Source: Nitrospirota bacterium | GTDB taxonomy: Bacteria; Nitrospirota; Thermodesulfovibrionia; Thermodesulfovibrionales; JdFR-86 | Direction of reading: 5' to 3' | Length of the DNA: 64,000 nucleotides | NCBI GenBank assembly: GCA_963721805.1 | Contig: CAVRJY010000001.1 | Coordinates: forward strand, 128,001-192,000 | Shown here: one piece after another, positions 48,836 to 59,814 of the stretch | Layout: each line of letters opens with the position of its first letter | How positions within the stretch are numbered: the stretch's first letter is position 1 | Notes under the pieces: generated by a model | What the model was told of the DNA's origin: nothing | Seen by the model: only the letters and a program-made list of their open reading frames with translations | The model's database searches: none | Position numbers and translations under genes: made by a program

Positions 48836-49223
48836 GCTGCGTCTGCTTTGCGAGGATCGCTGTAATGCGCCTGATAAGGACCTCCGGGGTGAAGGGCTTA
48901 AGCAGGTAGCCCGATACTCCCAGTGATACCGCCGTGGTTACGCTATCGGCGTCGCTGTTGGCCGTGAGCATTATAAATGGCACCTTGCTGGTATCCGCGC
49001 CGCGCCTGACCCTCTCTAGCAGGTCGCGGCCGGTCATGCGCGGCATGTTCCAGTCCGAGATAATAAGGTCCAGCGGGCGGGTAGTGGCGATTTGAAGGGC
49101 CTCCTCGCCGTCCGAGGCGGTATAGACCTCGGCGCCGGTGAAATGCTCGCTGAGGGCGTCGCTGACGAACATGGTTATGGCCCGGCTGTCGTCCACTACG
49201 AGTATCCTGGTCTTCCTGGCCAT
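48825..49223 (-). CDS. Single-domain response regulator (CheY-like)
   Basis: ILVVDD, SDWNMPRMTG, MLTA, KPF; ATG 49223. Confidence 0.9.
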   Translation of the reverse strand: MARKTRILVVDDSRAITMFVSDALSEHFTGAEVYTASDGEEALQIATTRPLDLIISDWNMPRMTGRDLLERVRRGADTSKVPFIMLTANSDADSVTTAVSLGVSGYLLKPFTPEVLIRRITAILAKQTQPIP

Positions 49224-49379
49224 GTCCCACCCCCGGCAGTGCATGTGTCGAGCACGCGAGAAAAGTATAGCACACCGCCGAGGCCTGCTGCGGGAGTTCG
49301 ACCGCTTGAAAAAACAGCGTATTAAATGATAAATTCATAAGCTCAAAAGTCCGCTTTAATCCATTGGCAAAGACGGAGG

Positions 49380-50525
49380 ATGAGGTTGAGGAAAAGCTAT
49401 CTTTACGCCCCGGGGCCTACTCCAGTGCCGCCGGCAGTCTTGCAGGCCATGGCCCTGCCGATCATACACCACCGCTCCCCGGATTTCGTCCCGGTGCTGG
49501 AGTCGGCCCGCAAGGGCCTGAAGTGGCTGTACCAGACGAGCGACGACGTCATGGTGCTCTCGTGCTCCGGCACGGGCGCGATGGACGCGGCCGTATCTAA
49601 CTTCCTGACGCCCGGCGAGCGCGTGCTCGTCGTAAACGGCGGCAAGTTCGGCGAGCGCTGGACGAAGATATGCCAGGCCTACGGCGTGGACGTCGAGGAG
49701 CTGAAGGTCGAGTGGGGCAACTCGGTCAAGCCCGAGGCCGTCGCGGCCGCGCTCGCCGCAGACCCCGCGATCGGCGCGGTGCTGATGCAGGCCTCGGAGA
49801 CCTCGACCGGCGTGTACCACGACGTCGAGGGCGTCTCTAAGGTCATGCGCAACCACCCCAAGGCGCTCTTCATCGTAGACGCGATAAGCGGGCTGGTCGC
49901 CCACGATATCCGGACCGCCGACTGGGGCATAGACGTCCTCGTCGCGGGCTCGCAGAAGGGCCTGATGCTCCCGCCCGGCCTCGCGTTTATCAGCGCGACC
50001 GACAAGGCATGGGAGCGCAACAAGGCCTCGAAGACACCGCGTTTCTATTTCAATCTTAAAAAGGAGAGGGAAAACCTCCTTAAGAACCAGACGAACTTCA
50101 CCTCGTCCGTGACGCTCATCATCGCGCTTAACGAGGCGCTGAAGCTGCTGCAGGCCGAGGGGTTAGAGAACATATTCAGGCGCCACGCCCTTCTTGCAGA
50201 GGCGATGCGCGCGGGTGTGGCCGCGATGGGGCTTAAGCTCTTCCCGAAGGAGTCGCCCTCAAACGCGCTCACCGCTATATGCGCGCCCGACGGGATAGAT
50301 GGGCAGGAGATATACAAGGCCCTGCGCGCGAAGTACGGCATCACCGGCGCGGGCGGGCAGGACCACCTCAAGGGCAAGATATTCCGCATAGCGCACCTTG
50401 GATACGCCGATATGTTCGATACGATCACCGCGCTTGCCGGGCTCGAGATGGTCTTGAAGGGCTTGGGCTATAAGGTCAAGCTCGGCTCCGGCGTGGCCGC
50501 CGCCGAGGAGATCTTCACGCGATGA
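49380..50525 (+). CDS. Class V PLP aminotransferase (alanine-glyoxylate/serine-pyruvate type, likely SerC role)
   Basis: PGPTPVP, SETSTGV, VDAIS, GSQKGLMLPPG; coupled to serA. Confidence 0.9.
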   Translation: MRLRKSYLYAPGPTPVPPAVLQAMALPIIHHRSPDFVPVLESARKGLKWLYQTSDDVMVLSCSGTGAMDAAVSNFLTPGERVLVVNGGKFGERWTKICQAYGVDVEELKVEWGNSVKPEAVAAALAADPAIGAVLMQASETSTGVYHDVEGVSKVMRNHPKALFIVDAISGLVAHDIRTADWGIDVLVAGSQKGLMLPPGLAFISATDKAWERNKASKTPRFYFNLKKERENLLKNQTNFTSSVTLIIALNEALKLLQAEGLENIFRRHALLAEAMRAGVAAMGLKLFPKESPSNALTAICAPDGIDGQEIYKALRAKYGITGAGGQDHLKGKIFRIAHLGYADMFDTITALAGLEMVLKGLGYKVKLGSGVAAAEEIFTR

Positions 50526-52111
50526 ACAAAAAGAAGGTCCTCGTAAGCGACAGCCTCTCGGAACACGGCATACAGATTCTCAGGCAGGCCGGGCTCGAGG
50601 TCGACGTAAAGGTCGGGATGAAGCCCGAGGAGCTGAAGGCCGTCATCGGGCAGTACCACGGCATCGTGATCCGAAGCGCGACGAAGGTGACCGCGGAGAT
50701 CATCGAGGCGGCCGGGAACCTGAAGGTCATAGGCCGCGCAGGATCCGGATTGGATAACGTGGATAAGGCCGCCGCGACCAAGAAGGGCATCGTCGTGATG
50801 AACACGCCCGGCGGCAACACGGTCACGACGGCCGAGCACACGATAGCGATGCTCTTTAGCATGGCGCGCCTGATCCCGCAGGCCAGCGGCTCGATGGCCG
50901 CGGGCAAGTGGGAAAAGAAGAAGTTCATGGGCGTCGAGCTGTATAAGAAAACCATCGGCGTGGTCGGCTTCGGCAACATAGGCCGCGAGGTCGGCAAGCG
51001 CTGCCTATGCATGGGCATGGACGTGCTCGCGTATGACCCGTTTCTGAGCGAAGAGGCCGCGGCCGCGATGAACGTCGAGAAGGTGTCGGTCGAGGACCTG
51101 TTCAGGCGCGCGGATTTCATCACCGTGCATACGCCGCTGACGGCCGAGACCAAAAACCTGATCAATCGCGAGACGATAAAGACGATGAAGCAGGGCGTGC
51201 GGATCATCAACTGCGCGCGCGGCGGCATCATAAACGAGGCCGACCTGGTAGAGGCCCTGAATTCCGGCAAGGTCGGCGGGGCGGCGCTTGACGTCCTTGA
51301 GGTCGAGCCTCCGGTGAATAATCCGCTGGTAGGCCACGAGCGCGTCGTCACGACGCCGCACCTCGGGGCGTCGACCGGCGAGGCTCAGGAGAACGTCGCT
51401 GTCGCGGTGGCCGAGCAGGTCGTGGACTACCTCGTGCACGACGTAATCAGAAACGCGGTGAACTTCCCCTCGATCCCGCACGATCAGGCCCCGAAGCTGA
51501 GCCCGTACATCGCGCTCGCAGAGAGCCTCGGCACCTTCGCCTCGCAGCTGGTCGAGGGCGGGGCGCGGGAGATCACGCTTGAGTTCAGGGGCGAGGCCGC
51601 GGAGCTTCAAAACCCCGAGCCGGTGAAGATCGCGGCGATCAAGGGCTTCCTCACCCCGATACTCTACGAGACCGTGAACTTCATCAACGCACCGATGATC
51701 GCAAAGGAGCGCGGCATCGAGGTCAAGGACGTCCGCAGCGCCGAGGCAGGGGATTATCACACGATGCTGATTCTCAAGATCAAGGCCGCGGGCGTGGAGC
51801 GCAGCTTTTCGGGCACGCTCTTCGGCCAGCGCGAGCCCCGCATAACGAAGGTTGACGCGTTTCCGGTCGAGATATACCCCGAGGGGACAATGCTCATCAT
51901 GGGCAACAACGACAAGCCCGGCGTGATCGGCAACATCGGCGTGACGCTCGGCCGCTACGGGGTCAATATCAGCCGGATGCACTTCGGCCGCGAGGCGGCC
52001 GGGGGCAGGGCCATAACGGTGGCGAGCATAGACGCCACGGCCTCGCCCGAACTAATCGAGGAGATAAAACGTCTCCCGAACATCGTCTCCGTTAAACAGG
52101 TCCACCTGTAG
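50522..52111 (+). CDS. serA: D-3-phosphoglycerate dehydrogenase
   Basis: GRAGSGLDNVD, GFGNIG, NCARGG, TPHLGAST, C-terminal ACT domain. Confidence 0.96.
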   Translation: MNKKKVLVSDSLSEHGIQILRQAGLEVDVKVGMKPEELKAVIGQYHGIVIRSATKVTAEIIEAAGNLKVIGRAGSGLDNVDKAAATKKGIVVMNTPGGNTVTTAEHTIAMLFSMARLIPQASGSMAAGKWEKKKFMGVELYKKTIGVVGFGNIGREVGKRCLCMGMDVLAYDPFLSEEAAAAMNVEKVSVEDLFRRADFITVHTPLTAETKNLINRETIKTMKQGVRIINCARGGIINEADLVEALNSGKVGGAALDVLEVEPPVNNPLVGHERVVTTPHLGASTGEAQENVAVAVAEQVVDYLVHDVIRNAVNFPSIPHDQAPKLSPYIALAESLGTFASQLVEGGAREITLEFRGEAAELQNPEPVKIAAIKGFLTPILYETVNFINAPMIAKERGIEVKDVRSAEAGDYHTMLILKIKAAGVERSFSGTLFGQREPRITKVDAFPVEIYPEGTMLIMGNNDKPGVIGNIGVTLGRYGVNISRMHFGREAAGGRAITVASIDATASPELIEEIKRLPNIVSVKQVHL

Positions 52112-52142
52112 CGCGACGGTAGGGAAGAGAGAGAAAAAATAA

Positions 52143-53429
<1,287 letters not shown>

Positions 53430-53542
53430 GGGCCGGGGTCATGGACCCCTCCTCCTCGGGTGGAGCATCGTTCCCCCTCTGAAGGGCTTATTAAGAAGGG
53501 GCCAGTCGGCCCCCCGCCCCCGCATGTGATAATATAAACGTT

Positions 53543-54571
53543 ATGCTACAGACCGACGCGATACGCGAGGGGTTCCGCCAGGCCCATAAAAACTGGCTCC
53601 TCATCGTGCTTCAGCTCGCGATGTCGCTGCTGCTCTTCGTCGGGCTTATAGTAGTCGTCGCGGTTTTTATCGCTACGGCGATAGTGGTGCTCGGATTTGA
53701 CATCAACCGCCTCGACGCGCTCGGAGACTGGCTCGGGACCGTAAAGGACCCCATCGAGCTCCTGACGAACTACGCGGGCCTCGCGCTCGGGTTCGGCTTC
53801 GGGTTTCTGCTATATTCCACGTTCGCCGCGATGGTATGGATATTCACGCTCGCGGGCTCGGCCGGCGTGCTCGGGCTCTCGATCACGCACCCCGATAACA
53901 AGCTCACGGTGCGCGAGTTCGTCACCGAGGGCAAGGTGCTGTTTTGGCGGATGGGCTGGCTTACGAGCCTCGTGGGCCTGCTGTTCATAGCCGCGCTGGC
54001 GGTGATGGGCCTTCTGGCCGGAGGGGGCTCGGTGCTCTGGGACATATTCATCAGCAAGGGCACGCGGCTCTCGGTATTTTTAGGGGTGCTTATGTCGCTT
54101 CTGGCCTTCACCGTACTGATCCTCGTGATGATATACCTCTTTGCGCTTACGGCGTGGGGCATCGCGGAACTCGTGCTGCGGGGCGGGCGGGCGCGCGACG
54201 CCCTGAACCGCGCCGCGTCCTTCATCCGGCAGCGGCCGGAGAGCTTCGGGATGCTGCTCCTGGCGATTTTTTTGATGGTGCTCGTGCAGGTCATGCTGAT
54301 GGGCGTCTGGTACCCGGTCAGCCTCTCGCCGGTGCTCGGCATCATCGTCGCGATACCGTTTCAGGTGATCGCATACGCGGTGCAGGGCTACGTGAACCTC
54401 GCGCTCATGGCTGCGGTGCTGGTCTATTACCACCGGCTGTCCACGCCGGGTCAGAGTAGCGCTCAGTACGCAGGCCCCGCGCAAGATCAAGCTCATGCTC
54501 AGACGGATGAGACCGCTGGAGCCGGACCCCTGGAAACGCCTCTTCAAACGCCGCCACCACAGCAGCCTTAA
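53543..54571 (+). CDS. Hypothetical polytopic membrane protein
   Basis: About six hydrophobic helices; host-like codon usage. Confidence 0.75.
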   Translation: MLQTDAIREGFRQAHKNWLLIVLQLAMSLLLFVGLIVVVAVFIATAIVVLGFDINRLDALGDWLGTVKDPIELLTNYAGLALGFGFGFLLYSTFAAMVWIFTLAGSAGVLGLSITHPDNKLTVREFVTEGKVLFWRMGWLTSLVGLLFIAALAVMGLLAGGGSVLWDIFISKGTRLSVFLGVLMSLLAFTVLILVMIYLFALTAWGIAELVLRGGRARDALNRAASFIRQRPESFGMLLLAIFLMVLVQVMLMGVWYPVSLSPVLGIIVAIPFQVIAYAVQGYVNLALMAAVLVYYHRLSTPGQSSAQYAGPAQDQAHAQTDETAGAGPLETPLQTPPPQQP

Positions 54572-55223
54572 GCGCCTCAACCGTCAGGCCCGGCGCGAAC
54601 TCCCGGAGCCCTGCCATGGAAGTCCTGAACCCATCCGCATCCTCCGAGCGAAACACCCGGCACATGCCCGCATAGTCCAGCGTAAGCGGGATCGCCCCCT
54701 GCTGGAGCATCGAGCCGGCGGACAGCCGCCTCTGGGCCGAGCCTATGAGCTTGCGCCCCCCGGCCGAGAGCTCGGCATATGAGGCGGACTCAAAACATAC
54801 GCCGGAGCGCGGCCTGCCCGTGCGCTTCCTGCCCTCGCTTTCGCAAGGTATGCCGAGGGAGCGAAGCGCGAGCATGAAGGCGCGCCCGAGCAGGGCGTAA
54901 CTTTGAAACAGCCCGCCTGAGAATACGCCCGCGGCAGTCGGCGCGGTGAAGCCGTACGTCAGCTCGTCGGCCGCGTGCAGGATCGCGCGGCCCCCGGTCG
55001 GACGGCGCACCACAGGGATACCCCCGGCCTTGCAGCAGGCCTCGTCGATGTCCGTGATGCGCTGAAACCTGCCGAGGCTCACCGCCGCCCGTTCCCAGCC
55101 GTAAAGCCGCAGCGTCGGGGGCCCGCCTGCCGCGCTGATCGCGAGCGCCTCATCCAGCGCCATGTTATGGTCTGCCGCGCCGGGTGGGTCCTCGATAAGT
55201 CTCCATGTCTCAGGCCGGGACAA
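54405..55223 (-). CDS. Lipoate-protein ligase / octanoyltransferase (LipM-like)
   Basis: NMALDEAL, PTLRLYGW, RRPTGGRAILH, KLIGSAQRR. Confidence 0.9.
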   Translation of the reverse strand: MSRPETWRLIEDPPGAADHNMALDEALAISAAGGPPTLRLYGWERAAVSLGRFQRITDIDEACCKAGGIPVVRRPTGGRAILHAADELTYGFTAPTAAGVFSGGLFQSYALLGRAFMLALRSLGIPCESEGRKRTGRPRSGVCFESASYAELSAGGRKLIGSAQRRLSAGSMLQQGAIPLTLDYAGMCRVFRSEDADGFRTSMAGLREFAPGLTVEALKAAVVAAFEEAFPGVRLQRSHPSEHELDLARGLRTERYSDPAWTAGGNRPAPQP

Positions 55224-55410
55224 GCAGCATCCTTCCCTTCCTGAAAGAGATCTCGGCTATCGTGCCCTTAAAGGTGCGCTCCTCGCCAAAGAGGTTGCGC
55301 ATGTAGAGCACCCCGCCCTCCTGCTGCCTCACGGTATCGACGCCCTCCAGGTACAGCTCCTCCTTGCCGCCCTCGCTTGCGACAGTTACGTACGCGTTTA
55401 TCTCGCACAT
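55210..55410 (-). CDS. CooT-family nickel-binding protein
   Basis: MCE N-terminus after GGAGG, NLFGEE motif, 66 aa. Confidence 0.8.
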   Translation of the reverse strand: MCEINAYVTVASEGGKEELYLEGVDTVRQQEGGVLYMRNLFGEERTFKGTIAEISFRKGRMLLVPA

Positions 55411-55533
55411 GAGCAATCCTCCATAAATTTATCTTACCATTTGGGTGCCATGGGCACCTATTCTTCAGGGGGCGCTGCCCCCTTGTCCCCCGACCGTGGA
55501 GCTGCTTTTATCAAGCCTGAGTTATAATTAAAT

Positions 55534-56625
55534 ATGATTGAACTGAAGTTCATCGGCCGCCCCGCTGCCCAGAGTGGCCCCCCGCCCGGCCCATGGCCGA
55601 AATACGTGGCGGACTATATCGAGACGCCGGCCGGGTTCGTCCCGAGGGTCGGGGGTGAGCTCAGCCGGGCCGACCTCCTGGGCGCGCTCCGAAGCCGCAC
55701 GAGCGCGTACAGGATGGCGTATAAAGTCGTTCCGGGCCTCTACGCCATCGGCCGCCCAACGCCCGATTCCCCGACCGTCGTCACGGCGAACTACAAGCTC
55801 AGCTTCGACGCGCTGCGCCGCGCGCTCGATGGCGCCGACGCCTGGATACTCGTGCTCGACACCAAGGGGATCAACGTCTGGTGCGCCGCGGGCAAGGGCA
55901 CGTTCGGCACGGACGAGCTCGCAGGCCGCATCCAGAGCTCCGGGCTCAAACACGTCGTGGGCCACAGGCGCATAATCGTGCCACAGCTCGGCGCGGTCGG
56001 CGTTGCGGCGCAGGAGGTTTCCAAGCGCACCGGGTTTCACGTGAGCTACGGCCCCGTGCGCGCCGAGGACCTCCCGGCGTACTTCGAATCAGGCGCGACC
56101 CCGGAGATGCGCAAGGTGCGCTTCACGCTGATGGACCGCCTGGTGCTGACGCCTATGGAGCTTAACCCGGCGCTTAAGCGCTACCCGCTATTTGCGGCAG
56201 TAGTGCTCGTGATATTCGGCGCGCACGCCGAGGGCCTGCTGTTTAGGCCTGCGCTCGCGGGCGGGCTGCCGTTTTTGGCGCTAGGTCTCGTGGCCATAGC
56301 CTCGGGCGCGTTTCTGACCCCGGCCCTGCTGCCGTGGATACCGTTTCGCGCGTTCTCACTAAAGGGACTCGTAATGGGATTTATCACCACGTCCGCCGCG
56401 CTCGCGGCCTATGGCGGCCTCAAGGGCACCATGCCGCTGCTGGCCGCTTACCTGTTCTTCCCTGCCGCAAGCTCGTACCTGGCGCTGCAGTTCACCGGTT
56501 CAACGACTTACACCGGCATGTCAGGGGTTAAGAAGGAACTGCGGTACGCGATACCGCCATACGTAATCGCCACGGCATGCGCATTCGCGCTCCTCGTGGC
56601 GTCAAGGATCGGAGGCATGAAGTGA
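55534..56625 (+). CDS. hgcA: Mercury methylation corrinoid protein
   Basis: Cap-helix motif NVWCAAGKG, TANYKLSFD, C-terminal TM helices, FTGSTTYTGMSGV. Confidence 0.96.
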   Translation: MIELKFIGRPAAQSGPPPGPWPKYVADYIETPAGFVPRVGGELSRADLLGALRSRTSAYRMAYKVVPGLYAIGRPTPDSPTVVTANYKLSFDALRRALDGADAWILVLDTKGINVWCAAGKGTFGTDELAGRIQSSGLKHVVGHRRIIVPQLGAVGVAAQEVSKRTGFHVSYGPVRAEDLPAYFESGATPEMRKVRFTLMDRLVLTPMELNPALKRYPLFAAVVLVIFGAHAEGLLFRPALAGGLPFLALGLVAIASGAFLTPALLPWIPFRAFSLKGLVMGFITTSAALAAYGGLKGTMPLLAAYLFFPAASSYLALQFTGSTTYTGMSGVKKELRYAIPPYVIATACAFALLVASRIGGMK

Positions 56626-56912
56626 AATATCTTGCCGGAGTTTCGACCGTCGGGCTCGATGCCGAGCGCTGCACCGGCTGCGGCCGGTGCGTCGAGGTAT
56701 GCCCCCACGCAGTCTTCGAGCTCGAGGACAAAAAAGCGCGGATAACGGACCGCGACCTCTGCATGGAGTGCGGGGCCTGCATGAAAAACTGCGCCTCCGG
56801 CGCGATCTCGGTCGAGACCGGAGTCGGCTGCGCCGCGGCCCTCATCAATGCAATGATCACGGGAGGGGAGCCCAGCTGCGACTGCAGCTCCGATAAGCCC
56901 TCCTGCTGTTAG
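56622..56912 (+). CDS. hgcB: Mercury methylation 2[4Fe-4S] ferredoxin
   Basis: GTGA overlap with hgcA; CTGCGRCVEVCPH, CMECGAC, GVGCAAA, C-terminal Cys pair. Confidence 0.96.
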   Translation: MKYLAGVSTVGLDAERCTGCGRCVEVCPHAVFELEDKKARITDRDLCMECGACMKNCASGAISVETGVGCAAALINAMITGGEPSCDCSSDKPSCC

Positions 56913-56924
56913 GGGGCAGCGGTG

Positions 56925-57099
56925 AAAGCGCTCCAAATCGCTTGATACGTTGTCGCCGTCCGAAAAACGATCCTTGACGTATGTCCATATACGCCGCCGG
57001 GGGTCACGGACCCCTCCTACGAAAGAAAAGGGGCAGTCGCCCCCTAGTCTGAAGACGATTTGGCGCGCTTTGCGGGGAGTAGCCCCCGCGGTCAACGGC
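56925..57099 (+). repeat. Palindromic intergenic repeat, copy E
   Basis: Ends match copy A, interior matches copy B; part of interior replaced by two short GC hairpins. Confidence 0.88.
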
Positions 57100-57337
57100 A
57101 TAGTTACTCATACCGCGCGCGTTTTTGGGCCTTCAAATGACCGCCACCTGATGCTCAGTAGAATTACCTAATTGCATTGCTGCCTTAAGTAGCGTAATGT
57201 TATAGGTAGTTCGCAACAAAGGCATGTGGTTGTGCGGCGCGCGCTCCGCGGTGGGATGGGGGTTTCATCGCGGACAATATAACGCTTTGGAATGGGGGCC
57301 ATCGCAATTTAAGGACGGAGTTCCAGGGCGTGGACAA

Positions 57338-58798
57338 GTGAAAAAGCTTGTAAGCATTGACGAACTCAGGGTCGGCATGTACGTGTGCGGTCTGACTCAG
57401 GCTTGGATAGATACGCCCTTCCTGACGCACTTCTTTGCGGTCTCGGACCGTGCGGCCATCGAGAAGCTGCGCAAGGCCCGGATAGACTTCCTCTATATCG
57501 ATACCGAGCGCGGCCTGGACGTATTGGAGGACGCGGCCTCGGCCGAGGAGCCCGGGGCGGCCGGGATCTCAGCGCCCCCGGCGCCTCCGATCCCGGAGGA
57601 GGGCCGCTATCTGTCCGTAAGGCTCTCTTCTCTAAGATTTGGCACGGCCATACCTTTCGATCTGTTCAGGGAGTCCGCCTCCGGCATGGAGCCGTGCATT
57701 GCAAACGGCGCTGAATACTCGCAGAAGCTCCGGAGCGCCTTTGGCCCCGCGGAAGACGGGTTCATCCGGTACGAAGACGAGGAGGCCTACAGCCAATACT
57801 GCGATGCCCTCCGTATCGGCCCCGACGGCAGCGTGACTTATACCCGGCAGGAACTCGAACGTTATACGCAGGAAAAAGAGACCCACTATCCCATCTCGCG
57901 CGAGATGCTGGCCGCGGGCGACAAGGTGGACTTTTCGATATTCGTGAAGAGGGGGTTTTCCTGCGAGCCGCTGCTTGCGGCCGGCCCTGGCATGGAGGCC
58001 GAGGTTACCGCACGGCATTTGAGCGCTTACGGGGACCTTGTCATAGGGCAGGATGACATCGAGAAGTACCAGGACTATATCGCCCGGCGGCTCAACCACA
58101 GCGGCAGCGATACCGCGATGGCGGCCGCCGTTACGCGCGAGACCGCAAAGGTAAAGGTGCGCGAGATGTTTCTCGACTACAAAGACGCCAGGAAGGTGAA
58201 AAAGAACGTCGAGGACACGGTGCAGGAAATGCTGTCCATCATTACCAGCAGCCCCAAGGCTTTCGCGAGCCTGATGAGCCTCAATGCACGGGATACTTAC
58301 ACGTATGTCCATTCGGTGAACGTCTCGGCGCTGTCCCTCGGGCTCGGAAACGCGCTCGGCCTCGGGCAGGGCCCTCTGCGCGAACTCGGCATGGGCAGCA
58401 CCTTGCACGACATCGGGAAGGTCAAGATTTCCAAAGATATCCTCAACAAGCCCAACCGCCTGACCGTGCTGGAATTCAAAGAGATCCAAAAGCACGTTAT
58501 GTTCGGCTACGATATTGCCCGTAAATTTGGAGATATGCCTGAAGGGGCATTCATCCCCATATTGCAGCACCATGAAAAGCTCTCGGGCAAAGGCTATCCC
58601 AACCACCTTCAAGGCGACGAGATACATGCCATGGGTCGTATCGCCTCGATGGTGGACACGTATGACGCCATAACCGCCAGCAGGCCATATCGGAGGGCCC
58701 TGAAGCCGTTTTACGCCCTAAAGGTCATCTCCAACGAGAACGAGAACTACGCCCCGGAACTCTACCGGGAGTTCGTAAAGCTCCTTGGCCAGGCCTGA
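57338..58798 (+). CDS. HD-GYP c-di-GMP phosphodiesterase with DUF3391-like N-terminus
   Basis: ELRVGMYV N-domain, HSVNV, LHDIGK, HHEKLSGKGYP; GTG 57338. Confidence 0.9.
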   Translation: MKKLVSIDELRVGMYVCGLTQAWIDTPFLTHFFAVSDRAAIEKLRKARIDFLYIDTERGLDVLEDAASAEEPGAAGISAPPAPPIPEEGRYLSVRLSSLRFGTAIPFDLFRESASGMEPCIANGAEYSQKLRSAFGPAEDGFIRYEDEEAYSQYCDALRIGPDGSVTYTRQELERYTQEKETHYPISREMLAAGDKVDFSIFVKRGFSCEPLLAAGPGMEAEVTARHLSAYGDLVIGQDDIEKYQDYIARRLNHSGSDTAMAAAVTRETAKVKVREMFLDYKDARKVKKNVEDTVQEMLSIITSSPKAFASLMSLNARDTYTYVHSVNVSALSLGLGNALGLGQGPLRELGMGSTLHDIGKVKISKDILNKPNRLTVLEFKEIQKHVMFGYDIARKFGDMPEGAFIPILQHHEKLSGKGYPNHLQGDEIHAMGRIASMVDTYDAITASRPYRRALKPFYALKVISNENENYAPELYREFVKLLGQA

Positions 58799-58982
58799 TC
58801 CCCCGCCCCAATCCGCGTCCTCCTCCTCCCCGGCCCGCGGGCTTGGTCGCGTGGCCTGGCCTCCAGTTCAATAGCCGTGACGACGAGATGGGCCCCGGTC
58901 CGGCACCGTAACAGGGAAAGGGGGCCAGCCGGCCCCTTCGCGTGATATAATGGACGGAGTTTACATTACGGAGGGCTCCCCA

Positions 58983-59241
58983 ATGCGTGGCTCGGCTGCG
59001 ATTGTGTCGTGTGCGCTGTTTATAACGCTGATCTCCGCTCAGGCCGCCCTTGCAGCCGAGCCCGAGAAGTTCGAGCTCCGGCAGGACGCCGAGGTCAGGC
59101 AGGCGCGCGGCAGGAAGCCGCCGACCATCAGTCATCAAGCGCGACCCGAACGGCCACTATACGTGGGAGATCAAGGGCGAGGACGCCGAAGAGGTGATCG
59201 CCGCGGATCGGCGCCTCCGCGAGTATATGAGGGGCAAATAA
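58983..59241 (+). pseudogene. Small secreted hypothetical protein with apparent +1 frameshift near 59130
   Basis: Signal peptide from ATG 58983; protein-like continuation VIKRDPNGHYTWEIKGEDAEEVIAADRRLREYMRGK* is in the +1 frame. Confidence 0.55.
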
Positions 59242-59331
59242 AGCTCGCGGCAGATCCTCGCTCCGCCCGGATTTGTCGCGGCATGACGGCTGACGGGACG
59301 AATGGAAAACATCCGCAAAGGGGGATGACAC

Positions 59332-59814
59332 ATGGCTAAGTATTCGATACGCGAGATAGTGGAGATGGCCGTCCAGACCGAGCGGCTCGGGCTTGAATTC
59401 TACAGCCAGATGCTCGGGAAGTTCGCGCATATCCCGGAGTTGGGCGCGCTCTTCAGCACGCTTGCGAAGATGGAGAAGTCCCACGTCGAGATCTTCACCG
59501 CGCTCCTCGGCAAGATCCCCGAGACCGCTGTCGCCCCCGAGGGCTGGGACGAGGCCGAGCACTACTTCCGCGCGGTCGTGGAGTCCGAATTCTTCCTTGG
59601 CGCGGGCAAGGCCCTGCCCTCGATGTCCGATATGGACGACCCGTTTAAGGCCGTGGGCTACGCCCTTGGGTTTGAGAAGGAGACGCTGCTTTATTATATA
59701 GGCCTCGAGGGCGCGCTCCCGGTCGCCGACCGCCTGGTGCTGGACGACATCATCCGCGAAGAAAAGAGCCACATAGTATGGCTGTCCCGATACAGGGATA
59801 TTCACAAAATATAG
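59332..59814 (+). CDS. Ferritin-like/rubrerythrin family protein
   Basis: E...EKSH and E...EKSH paired ExxH di-iron motifs. Confidence 0.85.
   Translation: MAKYSIREIVEMAVQTERLGLEFYSQMLGKFAHIPELGALFSTLAKMEKSHVEIFTALLGKIPETAVAPEGWDEAEHYFRAVVESEFFLGAGKALPSMSDMDDPFKAVGYALGFEKETLLYYIGLEGALPVADRLVLDDIIREEKSHIVWLSRYRDIHKI

Noticed and set aside
55534..55600. Selenocysteine recoding in hgcA N-terminus
   Set aside because: No in-frame TGA in the extension
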